A DNA stretch of 64,000 nucleotides. Origin: Candidatus Poribacteria bacterium. Its GTDB lineage: Bacteria > Poribacteria > WGA-4E > WGA-3G. How positions within the stretch are numbered: the first letter of the stretch is position 1; every line of letters begins with the position of its first letter. The stretch is from positions 12,057-76,056 of the forward strand of contig JAPPBX010000049.1 in assembly GCA_026702755.1 (NCBI GenBank). Reading direction: 5' to 3'. A program made the translations under genes and the position numbers. The notes under the pieces were generated by a model. That model saw only the letters and a program-made list of their open reading frames with translations. It was not told where the DNA came from and ran no database searches. Positions 36,456 through 45,642 of this stretch are shown one piece after another.

Positions 36456-37046
36456 TCATAAGCTTGTCCTGTAGGGTGCCAAAAATTTCCGGAGTTGTCG
36501 AATCGCAGCGTTCTTGCGCGAGGCAACAGTCCCAATCGGACATTCGAGGATCGTCGCGACTTCTTGATAAGACAATCCTTGAACCTCTGTCATCCGAAAC
36601 ACCACTTGGTGTTCCTTCGACAACTTATCAATCGCGGACTGAATCGCCTCATAGGTCTCTTTAGCAATGAGCAGTGCCTCCGGAGAATAACGTGTATCCG
36701 CTATAGCGACAGCGATAGGGTGAGAGTTTTCATCTTCATCACTATAGGCGGCATCCAATGATTCAATCTGGGGTGTCCTTTGCTCTGTCGCCAATTGTTT
36801 TAAACAGACATTCTTGGCGATATGATAAAGGAACGTCCTGAATTTGGCAATCGGGCGGTACGTTGGTACACAACGCCACAGCCGCAGGAACGTCTCTTGA
36901 CAAAGGTCCTCCGCGAGTGTTTGGTTTTTGACAAATCGATAGATAAAATTTAAAGTATTTGCGTAATGTCGCTCCGTTAAAATTCGGAATGCATCTCTGT
37001 TTCCATCCTTCACAGAAAGCATCAACTGTTCGTCAGTGTGTAACAT
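36456..37046 (-). CDS. ECF-type RNA polymerase sigma-70 factor
   Basis: Region 2: FRILTERHYANTLNFIYRFV...DLCQETFLRLW. Region 4 HTH: LSYQEVATILECPIGTVASR. Start set at MLHTDEQ with a GGAGA ribosome-binding site. Confidence 0.85.
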   Translation of the reverse strand: MLHTDEQLMLSVKDGNRDAFRILTERHYANTLNFIYRFVKNQTLAEDLCQETFLRLWRCVPTYRPIAKFRTFLYHIAKNVCLKQLATEQRTPQIESLDAAYSDEDENSHPIAVAIADTRYSPEALLIAKETYEAIQSAIDKLSKEHQVVFRMTEVQGLSYQEVATILECPIGTVASRKNAAIRQLRKFLAPYRTSL

Positions 37047-37324
37047 GCTTGTCTCCTCTAAAGAGGAGCTTCTCAAGCGAAGGCGCGCAACCCTCCTTCC
37101 ATGCGATAACGGAGGATGCCTGCTTGTTCACTCCTCTGTCCGTGCCTTCCCCATAATCGAGCTCTGGTCCAACAACGAAACACATTGGCAATTTTGAATG
37201 CCTGTGTCTTCAGGGAGATCCCGTCTCCCAAAGTACAGTCTCGTTCATCTCCAGCGTGAGGCGTTGCCTCCGTTAAACACAAAACGTACTGACGCATTAT
37301 GAAACTCCTTTCTAACTTATTCGT

Positions 37325-37358
37325 CAGGTAGGGGCAGCATTTGATGCCCCTTTTTCGG
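37325..37358 (+). terminator. hairpin GGGGCAGCATTTGATGCCCC followed by TTTTTCGG
   Basis: Stem-loop plus T-tract in plus orientation. Variant of the GGGGYAGG hairpin family. Confidence 0.3.
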
Positions 37359-37480
37359 TCAATAAAAAAGATTTGCTAATGGTTTAACCCATGTCATCGG
37401 AAATAATTCATTTAAAATTCAAAAAAAATTATATTTTCACCTTATAACCCCAATTTTCCGGAGTATACGCTCCGTTTTTC

Positions 37481-38608
37481 TTACATTTCTGGCTGAAACG
37501 GCTCCAGTGACAGTGAGGGTTTCCCTGTCGTGATCAGTTCACCGATGAGTTGCCCCGTGATCGGTGCGAGCAGAATGCCGTTTTTGAAATGTCCAGATGC
37601 CAAAACGACGTTATTATATCCCGGCAAGTAACCGAGAAGCGGTCCTTTTTTCACATAAGGACGCAAACCTGCCCACGTTTGCACAAAAGTGCTGTTCGCG
37701 AGTTGCGGGGCGATGGCAATACCAGCATCAATCATCTGCTTGGTACCGTCCACTGTTGCGGTTTTGTCATAACCGACAAATTCGACTGTAGCACCGAGCA
37801 AAATTTTGCCATCGGCTCTCGGTACGACGTAGATGCCGAGTCCATCAACGATATGCTGAAAAGGCGGCGGCATCGCTTCAACGAGGACGATCTGCCCCTT
37901 CGCGGGTCCAATCTGTATCGGCACGTCAAGTTGGGCAATCAACGCACCTGCCCAGCATCCGGCAGCAATCACGAACGTGTCCGCGTATAAGGTTTCGCCG
38001 TTCACGACGACCCCGACAACGCGGTTTCCACCGTTTTCACTGTCTCGGACAAAGTCGGTGACAGGATTGCCTACTTGGAATTCCGCACCGAGTTTTGCTG
38101 CTCCCTTTGTGAGTGCCGTCACCATCTTCGGGTTGCGGACTTGTGCATCTTCAGGAAACAGAACGGCACCAGCAATAGATTTCGAGAGTGCTGGCTCCAA
38201 CTCCCACGCTTGTTCGGCTGTCAAGACTTCCGCTGAAAAACCGCGTTTCACGCGCCGGTCTGCGAGACCAATTAATCCCGCTGCCTCAGCCTGATTGAAG
38301 AATACCGATAGGGTCCCAGATTGGATGAACTCAATATCTATCTGGGTCTCTGTACGGAGTTCCTCCGCTAACGACGGATACAACTCAAGGCTTGCGCGGC
38401 AGAGCGTTGGATACGGTTCATGTGTTGACGCGTGTGAGGTTAAGATGCCTGCGCCTGCCCATGAAGCCTCCGTACCCACAGCGTGCGCTTTGTCAATCAC
38501 CAAGGGTTTCACGCCTCGCTTGGCAAGATCGTAAGCGATGGCACACCCGATAATCCCTCCACCAATAATGATGACATCGGCGTGATTTTGATTCAAGTTT
38601 TCCTCCAC
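37481..38608 (-). CDS. FAD-dependent oxidoreductase, glycine oxidase (ThiO)/D-amino acid oxidase family
   Basis: DVIIIGGGIIGCAIAYDLAKRG dinucleotide-binding motif. 375 aa. GTG start. Confidence 0.75.
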   Translation of the reverse strand: MEENLNQNHADVIIIGGGIIGCAIAYDLAKRGVKPLVIDKAHAVGTEASWAGAGILTSHASTHEPYPTLCRASLELYPSLAEELRTETQIDIEFIQSGTLSVFFNQAEAAGLIGLADRRVKRGFSAEVLTAEQAWELEPALSKSIAGAVLFPEDAQVRNPKMVTALTKGAAKLGAEFQVGNPVTDFVRDSENGGNRVVGVVVNGETLYADTFVIAAGCWAGALIAQLDVPIQIGPAKGQIVLVEAMPPPFQHIVDGLGIYVVPRADGKILLGATVEFVGYDKTATVDGTKQMIDAGIAIAPQLANSTFVQTWAGLRPYVKKGPLLGYLPGYNNVVLASGHFKNGILLAPITGQLIGELITTGKPSLSLEPFQPEM

Positions 38609-38866
38609 TTTACCCTAAAATTGCAACAATTTAGTTTAGCACATTGTTGGGTCGCCTGTCAATCTCAGTTGCCAAATGCCAATTTGACTACTTATATACA
38701 TTTTCGGATGCACTTATTCTGACAATGCAGATTGCAACTTGAAATTTCGGCGGATTCGGTGTATAATTACTACAAACATTATCAAGCAAACTATCTCAAA
38801 TTCGGTGGTGCAGGAAAAAGTAGATTAGCACAAAAACCTCGCCCAACATGAAAGGTCTTTTATTAC

Positions 38867-39154
38867 ATGATCCTTGGAAAAGTGACCGGGACAATCGTCG
38901 CGACGCAGAAAGATGAAAAATTGATCGGAAGCAAGCTGATGGTTGTCCAAGATGTAAACCTGGACGGAGACGTTGATCGGAAATATACAGTCGCTGTAGA
39001 TGCGGTAGGTGCTGGCATCGGTGAAATCGTCCTTATCGCCACCGGTAGTTCCGCTCGACAGACCGCAGTGACGAGCAATAAACCGGTTGACGCTGTAATC
39101 ATGGCGATTGTTGATACCGTGGAAGTCGCTGGAAAAGTCAGGTATCAAAAGTAG
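38867..39154 (+). CDS. bacterial microcompartment vertex (pentamer) protein, EutN/CcmL/PduN family
   Basis: MILGKVTGTIVATQKD..LIGSKLMVVQ....VAVDAVGAGIGEIVLIATGSSARQ matches the conserved EutN_CcmL blocks. 95 aa. Confidence 0.8.
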   Translation: MILGKVTGTIVATQKDEKLIGSKLMVVQDVNLDGDVDRKYTVAVDAVGAGIGEIVLIATGSSARQTAVTSNKPVDAVIMAIVDTVEVAGKVRYQK

Positions 39155-39159
39155 AAACA

Positions 39160-39735
39160 ATGAAGATCGCGACCGAACGGAAACGCGTCCGCACTGAAAC
39201 ACTCCACCGTCGCGAGGCACTCATCTCAGAAGAGAGGGCAAGGCTCAGCCAGCGTATCGTTAATTCCGTTTCACGCTGGATACAGCGTGAGGGTTTCGAT
39301 TCCGTGATGCTCTACCTGAGTATGAGAAGCGAGGTTGAAACTACCGATCTGCTTGAAGGGTTACTTAATTCAGGTAAGCAGGTTTGCGCGCCAGTGATAA
39401 ATACCGAACAGGTAAAACTCACACCAAGGCGGGTTCAGAATCCGAAAACAGAACTGGTACGTCATCGCTACGGCATGTTGGAACCTAAAGACGCATGTCC
39501 AATTTTCCCGACTGAACACCTTCAACTCATCGTGGTTCCCGGTATCGCCTTCGATCGGAAGGGGTATCGTCTCGGCTATGGCAAGGGTTTCTACGACCGA
39601 TTCCTCACGAAATGCCCACACGCCATTCCCATTGGATTAGCATATCAGATACAGGTTGTAGAAGATACGTTTCCACAAGCGTGGGATGTCCCTGTTCAAC
39701 ACATCTTCACAGAGACCGGTAGGATAGCGATTTAA
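39160..39735 (+). CDS. 5-formyltetrahydrofolate cyclo-ligase (MTHFS)
   Basis: LRxxxxxLS N-terminal region, then LIVVPGIAFDRKGYRLGYGKGFYDRF C-terminal motif. Confidence 0.85.
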   Translation: MKIATERKRVRTETLHRREALISEERARLSQRIVNSVSRWIQREGFDSVMLYLSMRSEVETTDLLEGLLNSGKQVCAPVINTEQVKLTPRRVQNPKTELVRHRYGMLEPKDACPIFPTEHLQLIVVPGIAFDRKGYRLGYGKGFYDRFLTKCPHAIPIGLAYQIQVVEDTFPQAWDVPVQHIFTETGRIAI

Positions 39736-40122
39736 CTATTTGACATCAACGAAAGGTCTCAATTTCTCCAGCGTCTTTGCACCAATCCCCTTGACTTTCT
39801 GGAGAGCATCTACACTGGTGAAGTTCCCGTGCTGTGTGCGGTAGTCAATAATTTTTTGTGCCATCTCCGCGCCGATATTTGGAAGCGTTTGGAGTTCTTC
39901 GGCAGAGGCGGTGTTGATATTAAGAAGTGCGGGTTTACTGGGTATTACCCGGCTTTGTGGACGTTCCTCATTTGGACCAACGATCAGATCTGGTTTTCCG
40001 AGGAAGATCGCAGGTGCGAACCGTCTCACACCCCAAAAACCGGTCCCAGCCAAAATCAGTACCACGAGAAAAACGACAGCTTTCCAATAATGGCGTTCAA
40101 TAGTATCCGATACGCTATTCAT
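39736..40122 (-). CDS. ComEA-like helix-hairpin-helix DNA-binding protein
   Basis: N-terminal membrane anchor. LNINTASAEELQTLPNIGAEMAQKIIDYR...GIGAKTLEKL tandem HhH. Confidence 0.75.
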   Translation of the reverse strand: MNSVSDTIERHYWKAVVFLVVLILAGTGFWGVRRFAPAIFLGKPDLIVGPNEERPQSRVIPSKPALLNINTASAEELQTLPNIGAEMAQKIIDYRTQHGNFTSVDALQKVKGIGAKTLEKLRPFVDVK

Positions 40123-40589
40123 CTCTCACATCACCTCCTTCAATTCACGCAGTTTGATAACTACCTCTTGAAATCTTTGCTTCCAATTTTGAAAAAAATG
40201 AAAATTATTTATCAGTATACTACATTTTCACGCGCTGTCAAGTGACGAACCTTTGGTAGACAAATAACCTTGCATTCCTCTACCAAATGTGGTGTACTAC
40301 TTAAACCAGTTTTGGGTGGCATTGCTACGAGATGGTATCTCAACACCGTTCTCTGCTACCCTTCCACCGTAGGTAGCAAGTGGATAACGGACTGTGGATT
40401 GGAAAACCTTAAAATGGAGTACACGATGAACTTTGAGAACCGATGACAACGACGAGATCCGCTGCCGGTAAACTGCACAGAACATTTTGTGACGCGAGAG
40501 TCAATTATATCCGCTGCTTTCCTGATTTATACTCAATTTTTATTTGCCATTTCACATTATGTATGGTATTGTATGTATCGGAATAATTT

Positions 40590-41042
40590 ATGGTAAACGC
40601 TCAGAAAGTCATATATTCAGATCAGGAAATAGAAGAATTTGTACAAGAACGCAAGATTTTGCCAGATGATTGGTATAGTAGACTGATTAGACGAAATAAA
40701 GAGAAGGGAGAATTGACTGTCATAGGCGATAAAGGGAATGAGTTCCGAATCATTGTCAGACCAGACGACCTTGTGCCTTTAGATTTTTCAGTTATTTTGG
40801 TAGTTGTTACTAAATCAAACCCAAATTTTAAACTCCGGCGCTACAATGGGCGGACCAGTGGGCACAGAAACCGGATTGAGAAAGAAAGAATTGAAGGGTT
40901 TCATATTCATTACGCTACAGAGCGGTATCAACGGAGAGGATTAAAGGAAGAAGCTTATGCGCTACCAACGGATCGCTATAACAGCTACGAGGGTGCCCTT
41001 CGCTGCTTAATCAAAGATGCGAATTTTGTGGAACCGCTGTAA
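40590..41042 (+). CDS. hypothetical protein, 150 aa (AT-rich cassette gene 1)
   Basis: ORF in a locally AT-rich block. No family recognised. Confidence 0.45.
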   Translation: MVNAQKVIYSDQEIEEFVQERKILPDDWYSRLIRRNKEKGELTVIGDKGNEFRIIVRPDDLVPLDFSVILVVVTKSNPNFKLRRYNGRTSGHRNRIEKERIEGFHIHYATERYQRRGLKEEAYALPTDRYNSYEGALRCLIKDANFVEPL

Positions 41043-41069
41043 CAGGTACTTTTTTTCGGGGAGTAAGCA

Positions 41070-41852
41070 ATGTCTGCCAATACCATACAACAAGACTTTA
41101 TTAATAAGGTCTCCGCACAGATAAGTCTTTCAGCAGATGGTAAAGACCGTTTCCGGGTATTAACGCCCTTCCAATTCGAGGATGGTGATGAATTAGTTAT
41201 CGTCCTAAAGAAGGAGAGTGAACGGTGGCTGCTCTCCGACGAATCGCATACCTACAGGCACCTCGCCTACGATATTGATGAGAAACTTCTTTATAGCGGT
41301 GCACGCTGGAAACTTATCTCTAAAGCCCTTTCTATGTTTGAGGTTGAAAACCGCAGTGGAGAATTAATACTTGATGTATCGGATGAGCGTTACGGTGAAG
41401 CACTATACGACTTCGTTCAAGCTCTTCTCAAGATAACGGATGTGTCATATTTGTCAAGGGACCGAGTTCAATCCACATTTATGGAAGATTTCCATGAACT
41501 CTTACATGAAAAGGTGAAAACGACGCGCATGGCATTTGAATGGCATGATAAGGATCGTGATCCGCAAGCAAATTATAAAGTAGATTGTCTAATTAATGGG
41601 ATGCCGGAGTCTCTTTTTGTGTATGCTCTTGCCAATGATAATAAAACACGTGATGCTACAATCTCGATTCACCAATTCAAAGAGTGGGGTATATCTTTTA
41701 GGTCCGTAGGAATTGTCAAGGATGAGAAGGCTACGAGTCGCAAAGTGCTTGCCCGTTTCCGAGATGTGTGTGATGCGTGTTTTGTTGACCTAAAAAAAAG
41801 CGGTAAAGACATCAGACAATATCTGGATAATAATATCTCTTTACCTTCGTAA
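41070..41852 (+). CDS. hypothetical protein, 260 aa (AT-rich cassette gene 2; possibly DUF1828/DUF1829-like)
   Basis: 27 bp after gene 1, same strand. No catalytic motif recognised. Confidence 0.45.
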   Translation: MSANTIQQDFINKVSAQISLSADGKDRFRVLTPFQFEDGDELVIVLKKESERWLLSDESHTYRHLAYDIDEKLLYSGARWKLISKALSMFEVENRSGELILDVSDERYGEALYDFVQALLKITDVSYLSRDRVQSTFMEDFHELLHEKVKTTRMAFEWHDKDRDPQANYKVDCLINGMPESLFVYALANDNKTRDATISIHQFKEWGISFRSVGIVKDEKATSRKVLARFRDVCDACFVDLKKSGKDIRQYLDNNISLPS

Positions 41853-42070
41853 ACTATCGCGCGGTAGCATGCGTCACTAACTGGGCAATTTCGATTGGCG
41901 TTGAAAGTGTACCCGTTTAATAATACGTCTGGCAAAGCTGGTAAAGGTAAATAATGTGCCGCGGTTCGTGACTATAGCGTTTTAGAGTGTGTATGGCAGC
42001 TTACGGTTAAACATACCGTAGGCTGCCATTTTTTTTGTTCTTATCCGCAGTGTGAAAACTGACCTACCCC

Positions 42071-42270
42071 GACAACCCCCTAACCCCCCTTATCAGCGGA
42101 ATAAGAAGTCGGGAGGGTTATTCTGAGATGTTTCTTCTGATGCATTTATAGATGCCGCCCCTACGGGGCTTAGGTTTGGGGTGTACTGTTTTTCTACACA
42201 GATGTCACCCCTACGGGGTTGAAGAGGATGGGCGAGGTTGGAAAACTCGCCTACCGAGTGTAGAGTGAAA
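42071..42270. repeat. degenerate repeat family 2 copy plus partial repeat family 1 copy
   Basis: CCCCCTTATCAGCGG at about 42085. GATGCCGCCCCTACGGGGCT at about 42151. GATGTCACCCCTACGGGGTTGAAGAGG at about 42203. GGCGAGGTTGGAAAACTCGCCTACCGAG end module. Confidence 0.6.
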
Positions 42271-42313
42271 CGGACAGGATAAACCACGATATGGAGATCA
42301 CTCCTACATTAAC

Positions 42314-42853
42314 TTAATCAAAATACTCGTCTTCGCTAAACTTTGTCCACGATTCAAATATGGGGAAAGGTCGGGGAAAATTGTCATTGTCAATATTCAA
42401 CTTGAATCGAATCCTTTTGCTATCAAAAAGATTTCGGACCGAAATGGAGACTCCTGAAGTTTCAATGCAGTTGTCACACTGGGTCGGGAGTATTTGTACC
42501 GAACGCGGTGCCTGAAAATAAATTCTGTATTCCGAACCCGCCTTTTCAACGCGATAATCGTCCGCTAAAATCTCCCACTCGCTTAAGGCAGTATTGCCTT
42601 CGGCATACTGCGCCCACAAACTGACACCACTAAAGAAATCAAGAATAACGCCTTTTCTTTTCGTTGCGTCTTTAGATGGATCGAATTGCCGAAATGAACG
42701 ACCTTTCAGTGCTGCCTTTATTTCCTCTTCTTCTTGCATACTTACCGGCTGCAGCGGATTGAGACACGAAGAAAGCATTAGACATATAAACGCAAGCGTG
42801 AAAGGCATAAGATGTATTTTTGTGTTCGCATTGAAGGTTTTATGGTGACGCAT
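42314..42853 (-). CDS. hypothetical lipoprotein
   Basis: Likely true start at internal MPFTLAFICLMLSSC lipobox (about 42808). Confidence 0.45.
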   Translation of the reverse strand: MRHHKTFNANTKIHLMPFTLAFICLMLSSCLNPLQPVSMQEEEEIKAALKGRSFRQFDPSKDATKRKGVILDFFSGVSLWAQYAEGNTALSEWEILADDYRVEKAGSEYRIYFQAPRSVQILPTQCDNCIETSGVSISVRNLFDSKRIRFKLNIDNDNFPRPFPIFESWTKFSEDEYFD

Positions 42854-43009
42854 GTTTTGTCCTCCGATTTTTTAAGTACATTGTAGCGTTAATCGAATCG
42901 TTTTATCCAAAGAAAACGGATCGTGCGTATTGAAGTATTTGGATTATACTTGATATGGAAACCCGTCTCTGCTAAAATAGGCAGTGAATTCACGATTGGA
43001 GAGGATATT

Positions 43010-44038
43010 ATGCAGGAGATTGTTGTACATTCAGCGCGATTACACGATTTCGCCCGGACGCTTTGTGACAAGGCAGGATTGCGCTCTGAAGACGGGAAGA
43101 CGATCGCGATACATCAGGTGCTAACCGATCTGCGCGGTGTGCATTCACACGGCACACGTGCCTTGCCGGGTTACCTCAACCTTATCCTTGATGGGAAGAT
43201 GAACGCACAACCCGCCCTTCGCATCGCGACAGAGGGTCCAAGCTTCGCTGTCGTTGACGGAGATAATGGGATGGGTCATCTGGCAAGCACGCTGGCAATG
43301 GAGACAGCGATAGCAAAGGCGAAAACGACAGGCATCGCTGCTGTAGGGGTTCGCAACGCTGGACATTTCGGTGCAGCCGCATGCTACGCAATTATGGCGG
43401 CATCGAACCAGATGATCGGATTTTCGACAACAAACACAGGTGGCGCATCTATTGTCGCTCCGGGTGGTGCTGAAGCGGTGGTCGCCAACAACGCGATGAG
43501 TTACGCCTTGCCCATCGGTGACGGGCATCCGATCGTATTAGACATGGCGTGTGGGGTATCGGCGTGGGGAAAGATAGGTACACTACGGATGTACGGTAAA
43601 CCGATTCCAGACGGTTGGCTTATAGATGAAACAGGCCAACCTACCAGCGATCCAGATAAGGGACGCTTCCTTGCACCAGCAGCGGGACCGAGGGGTTATG
43701 GATTGGCACTCATTATGGGCATTTTAGCGGGTCCTCTCAGTGGTGGTTTGATGGCTTGCAATAAATCAGGCGATCCCTCTGAGCACTTCTTCTTCGCTAT
43801 GGATGTTGCGAGTTTCACAGACTACGACGGCTATGTTGCGGAAATCCAACGGGGCATAGATAAGATTCACGCTTCAAAAACGGCAGAAGGCGTGGAACAG
43901 GCATACCTCCCCGGCGAAATTGAGTGGAACAACTACGACAATTACCTTGAGAATGGCATTCCCATTCATGTAGACCATTTACGAGGCCTCGCAGGCATCG
44001 CTGATAAGTTAGATGTTCCTATCTGTTGGGAGTGGTAG
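43010..44038 (+). CDS. Ldh_2 family (malate/L-lactate/ureidoglycolate type 2) dehydrogenase
   Basis: Start moved to ATG at 43010 with a GGAGAGG ribosome-binding site. HSHGTRALPGY and VGVRNAGHFGAAA motifs. Confidence 0.75.
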   Translation: MQEIVVHSARLHDFARTLCDKAGLRSEDGKTIAIHQVLTDLRGVHSHGTRALPGYLNLILDGKMNAQPALRIATEGPSFAVVDGDNGMGHLASTLAMETAIAKAKTTGIAAVGVRNAGHFGAAACYAIMAASNQMIGFSTTNTGGASIVAPGGAEAVVANNAMSYALPIGDGHPIVLDMACGVSAWGKIGTLRMYGKPIPDGWLIDETGQPTSDPDKGRFLAPAAGPRGYGLALIMGILAGPLSGGLMACNKSGDPSEHFFFAMDVASFTDYDGYVAEIQRGIDKIHASKTAEGVEQAYLPGEIEWNNYDNYLENGIPIHVDHLRGLAGIADKLDVPICWEW

Positions 44039-44103
44039 GAAAGGGGCGATAACAGGTCAACGCCTCAATCCATAACCAAAATTAGAGGGGGAAGGGGTAC
44101 ACT

Positions 44104-45600
44104 ATGGCAGAAACGAAAGAAACTGTATCAGGCGGCACACTCCCCGATTGGGAGGTTGAAGATTTACCTGCACCACCGAAGTACCAATTTGGAAAAGCGT
44201 TTCGGAGTATCTTAGGTCCCGGCATCATCGCCTTAGGAGGTTCAATCGGTAGTGGTGAGTGGTTGCTCGGTCCCGCGATAACCGCCCAATATGGAGGCAG
44301 TCTCCTGTGGATTGCAACAATCGCTATCTTGCTTCAAGCAATTCTTAACACGGAAGCAATCCGCTACACACTTTATACCGGCGAACCGATGTTGAGTGGT
44401 TATATGCGCTGCAAACCGGGCGCGCCTTTCTGGGCATCTTTCTATTCGGGAGTTAACTTTTTTGGCATTTGGCCCGGTTGGGCGATGACCGCTGCGACGG
44501 CACTCGGTGCGGCATGGCTCGGCTATATGCCGCAAGATGCGGATAGTAGCACGGTACGTCTGTTCGCATATCTCATCTTTTTCGCGTGTTTAGGGATCGT
44601 GTTGTTTGGTGGAAAGATTTACAACGCACTTGAGAAGGTGCAGCTATTCATGGTCATCTGGATTATCAGTTACCTTGTCGTTATTGATCTGTTTATGGTG
44701 CCGCCACGCGTGTGGTGGACTGCTATCAAAGGGTTCTTTAGCTTCGGGGCACTCCCCGCACCAGGGCCAGATGGACAAGTCAATTGGCTGTTGCTTGGGG
44801 CATTCGCTGCTTACGCCGGAAGTGGTGGGTTAGGCAATGTCACAATCACCAATTATGTCCGCGATAAAGGGTGGGGCATGAGCAGTCTCGTCGGTGCGAT
44901 CCCATCAATGATCGGTGGACAAAATGTAACGCTTTCACACTGGGGCAAGGTGTTTCGTATCTCACCAGAAAACCTCAAGCGGTTCAAGGAGTGGTGGAAA
45001 TATGTCCGATTTGAGCAGTACGGTATCTGGATGATCGGATGTTTCATAGGTATTGCCCTGCCCGCGATGCTGACCCTGGAATTTGTGCCTTCAGGGCAGG
45101 AGATGGACCAGTGGTCTGCAGCAGGATTCCAAGCGGAAGGACTCGCAGCAAAAGGCGGTAGAGTGATGTGGTATCTCACACTGTTGTGCGGGTTCTGGGT
45201 ACTGTTCTCGACGCAACTTGGTGGTGTGGACGGCGTGCCTCGTACTTACACGGATATTATATGGACCGGATTGAAGCGTGCGCGAAATCTCGGTGAACAC
45301 AACGCAAAATGGATCTATTACCCGATTCTCGGTGTCTACATTATCTGGGGCATCATCGCGATATATCTCGTCAAACCGTTCTTTATGATTCTGGTATCGG
45401 CAACGATTGGTGGCTACTTACTTGTAATTACCGCGTTACATACGCTTTACGTCAACTGGAAATTCTTACCCCCAGAGATACAAGCACCGTTGTGGAAACA
45501 GATTGGGTTGGTATTGTGCGCGGGATATTATTCGATCTTCGGAACGATTACCGTCTATCAGAAAGTACTTGTGCCTTATGTTTTCCCGATTTTTGGGTAA
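44104..45600 (+). CDS. polytopic membrane transporter, distantly Nramp/APC-like; function uncertain
   Basis: Ten or more hydrophobic helices. GPGIIALGGSIGSGEWLLGP resembles Nramp TM1 but lacks the DPGN motif. Confidence 0.4.
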   Translation: MAETKETVSGGTLPDWEVEDLPAPPKYQFGKAFRSILGPGIIALGGSIGSGEWLLGPAITAQYGGSLLWIATIAILLQAILNTEAIRYTLYTGEPMLSGYMRCKPGAPFWASFYSGVNFFGIWPGWAMTAATALGAAWLGYMPQDADSSTVRLFAYLIFFACLGIVLFGGKIYNALEKVQLFMVIWIISYLVVIDLFMVPPRVWWTAIKGFFSFGALPAPGPDGQVNWLLLGAFAAYAGSGGLGNVTITNYVRDKGWGMSSLVGAIPSMIGGQNVTLSHWGKVFRISPENLKRFKEWWKYVRFEQYGIWMIGCFIGIALPAMLTLEFVPSGQEMDQWSAAGFQAEGLAAKGGRVMWYLTLLCGFWVLFSTQLGGVDGVPRTYTDIIWTGLKRARNLGEHNAKWIYYPILGVYIIWGIIAIYLVKPFFMILVSATIGGYLLVITALHTLYVNWKFLPPEIQAPLWKQIGLVLCAGYYSIFGTITVYQKVLVPYVFPIFG

Positions 45601-45619
45601 AACGCTACACAGTTCCTAT

Positions 45620-45642
45620 GGGGTAGGTACAAGACCTACCCC
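45620..45642. terminator. hairpin GGGGTAGGTACAAGACCTACCCC between convergent genes
   Basis: Same loop (ACAAGA) and stem type as the hairpins at 19143 and 24592. Confidence 0.4.

Noticed and set aside
37073-37297. 74-aa ORF overlapping the ECF sigma factor ORF-track start; possible anti-sigma factor
   Set aside because: It sits upstream of the sigma factor, not downstream. It has no transmembrane or zinc-finger anti-sigma features. It disappears as an overlap once the sigma start is placed at the ribosome-binding-site-supported ATG (37046).
40240-40520. Possible structured RNA gene (RNase P RNA, tmRNA or SRP RNA) in the gene-free stretch before the AT-rich cassette
   Set aside because: I could not find the conserved P4 (GGAAAGUCCGG/ACAGAANCCGGCUUA), tmRNA or SRP domain IV signatures. 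There are only short local hairpins. Left as unassigned non-coding DNA.
44104-45600. Calling the membrane protein an Nramp/MntH manganese transporter
   Set aside because: It has the GPG-x-helix pattern but lacks the DPGN TM1 motif. Kept as a generic APC/Nramp-like transporter only.
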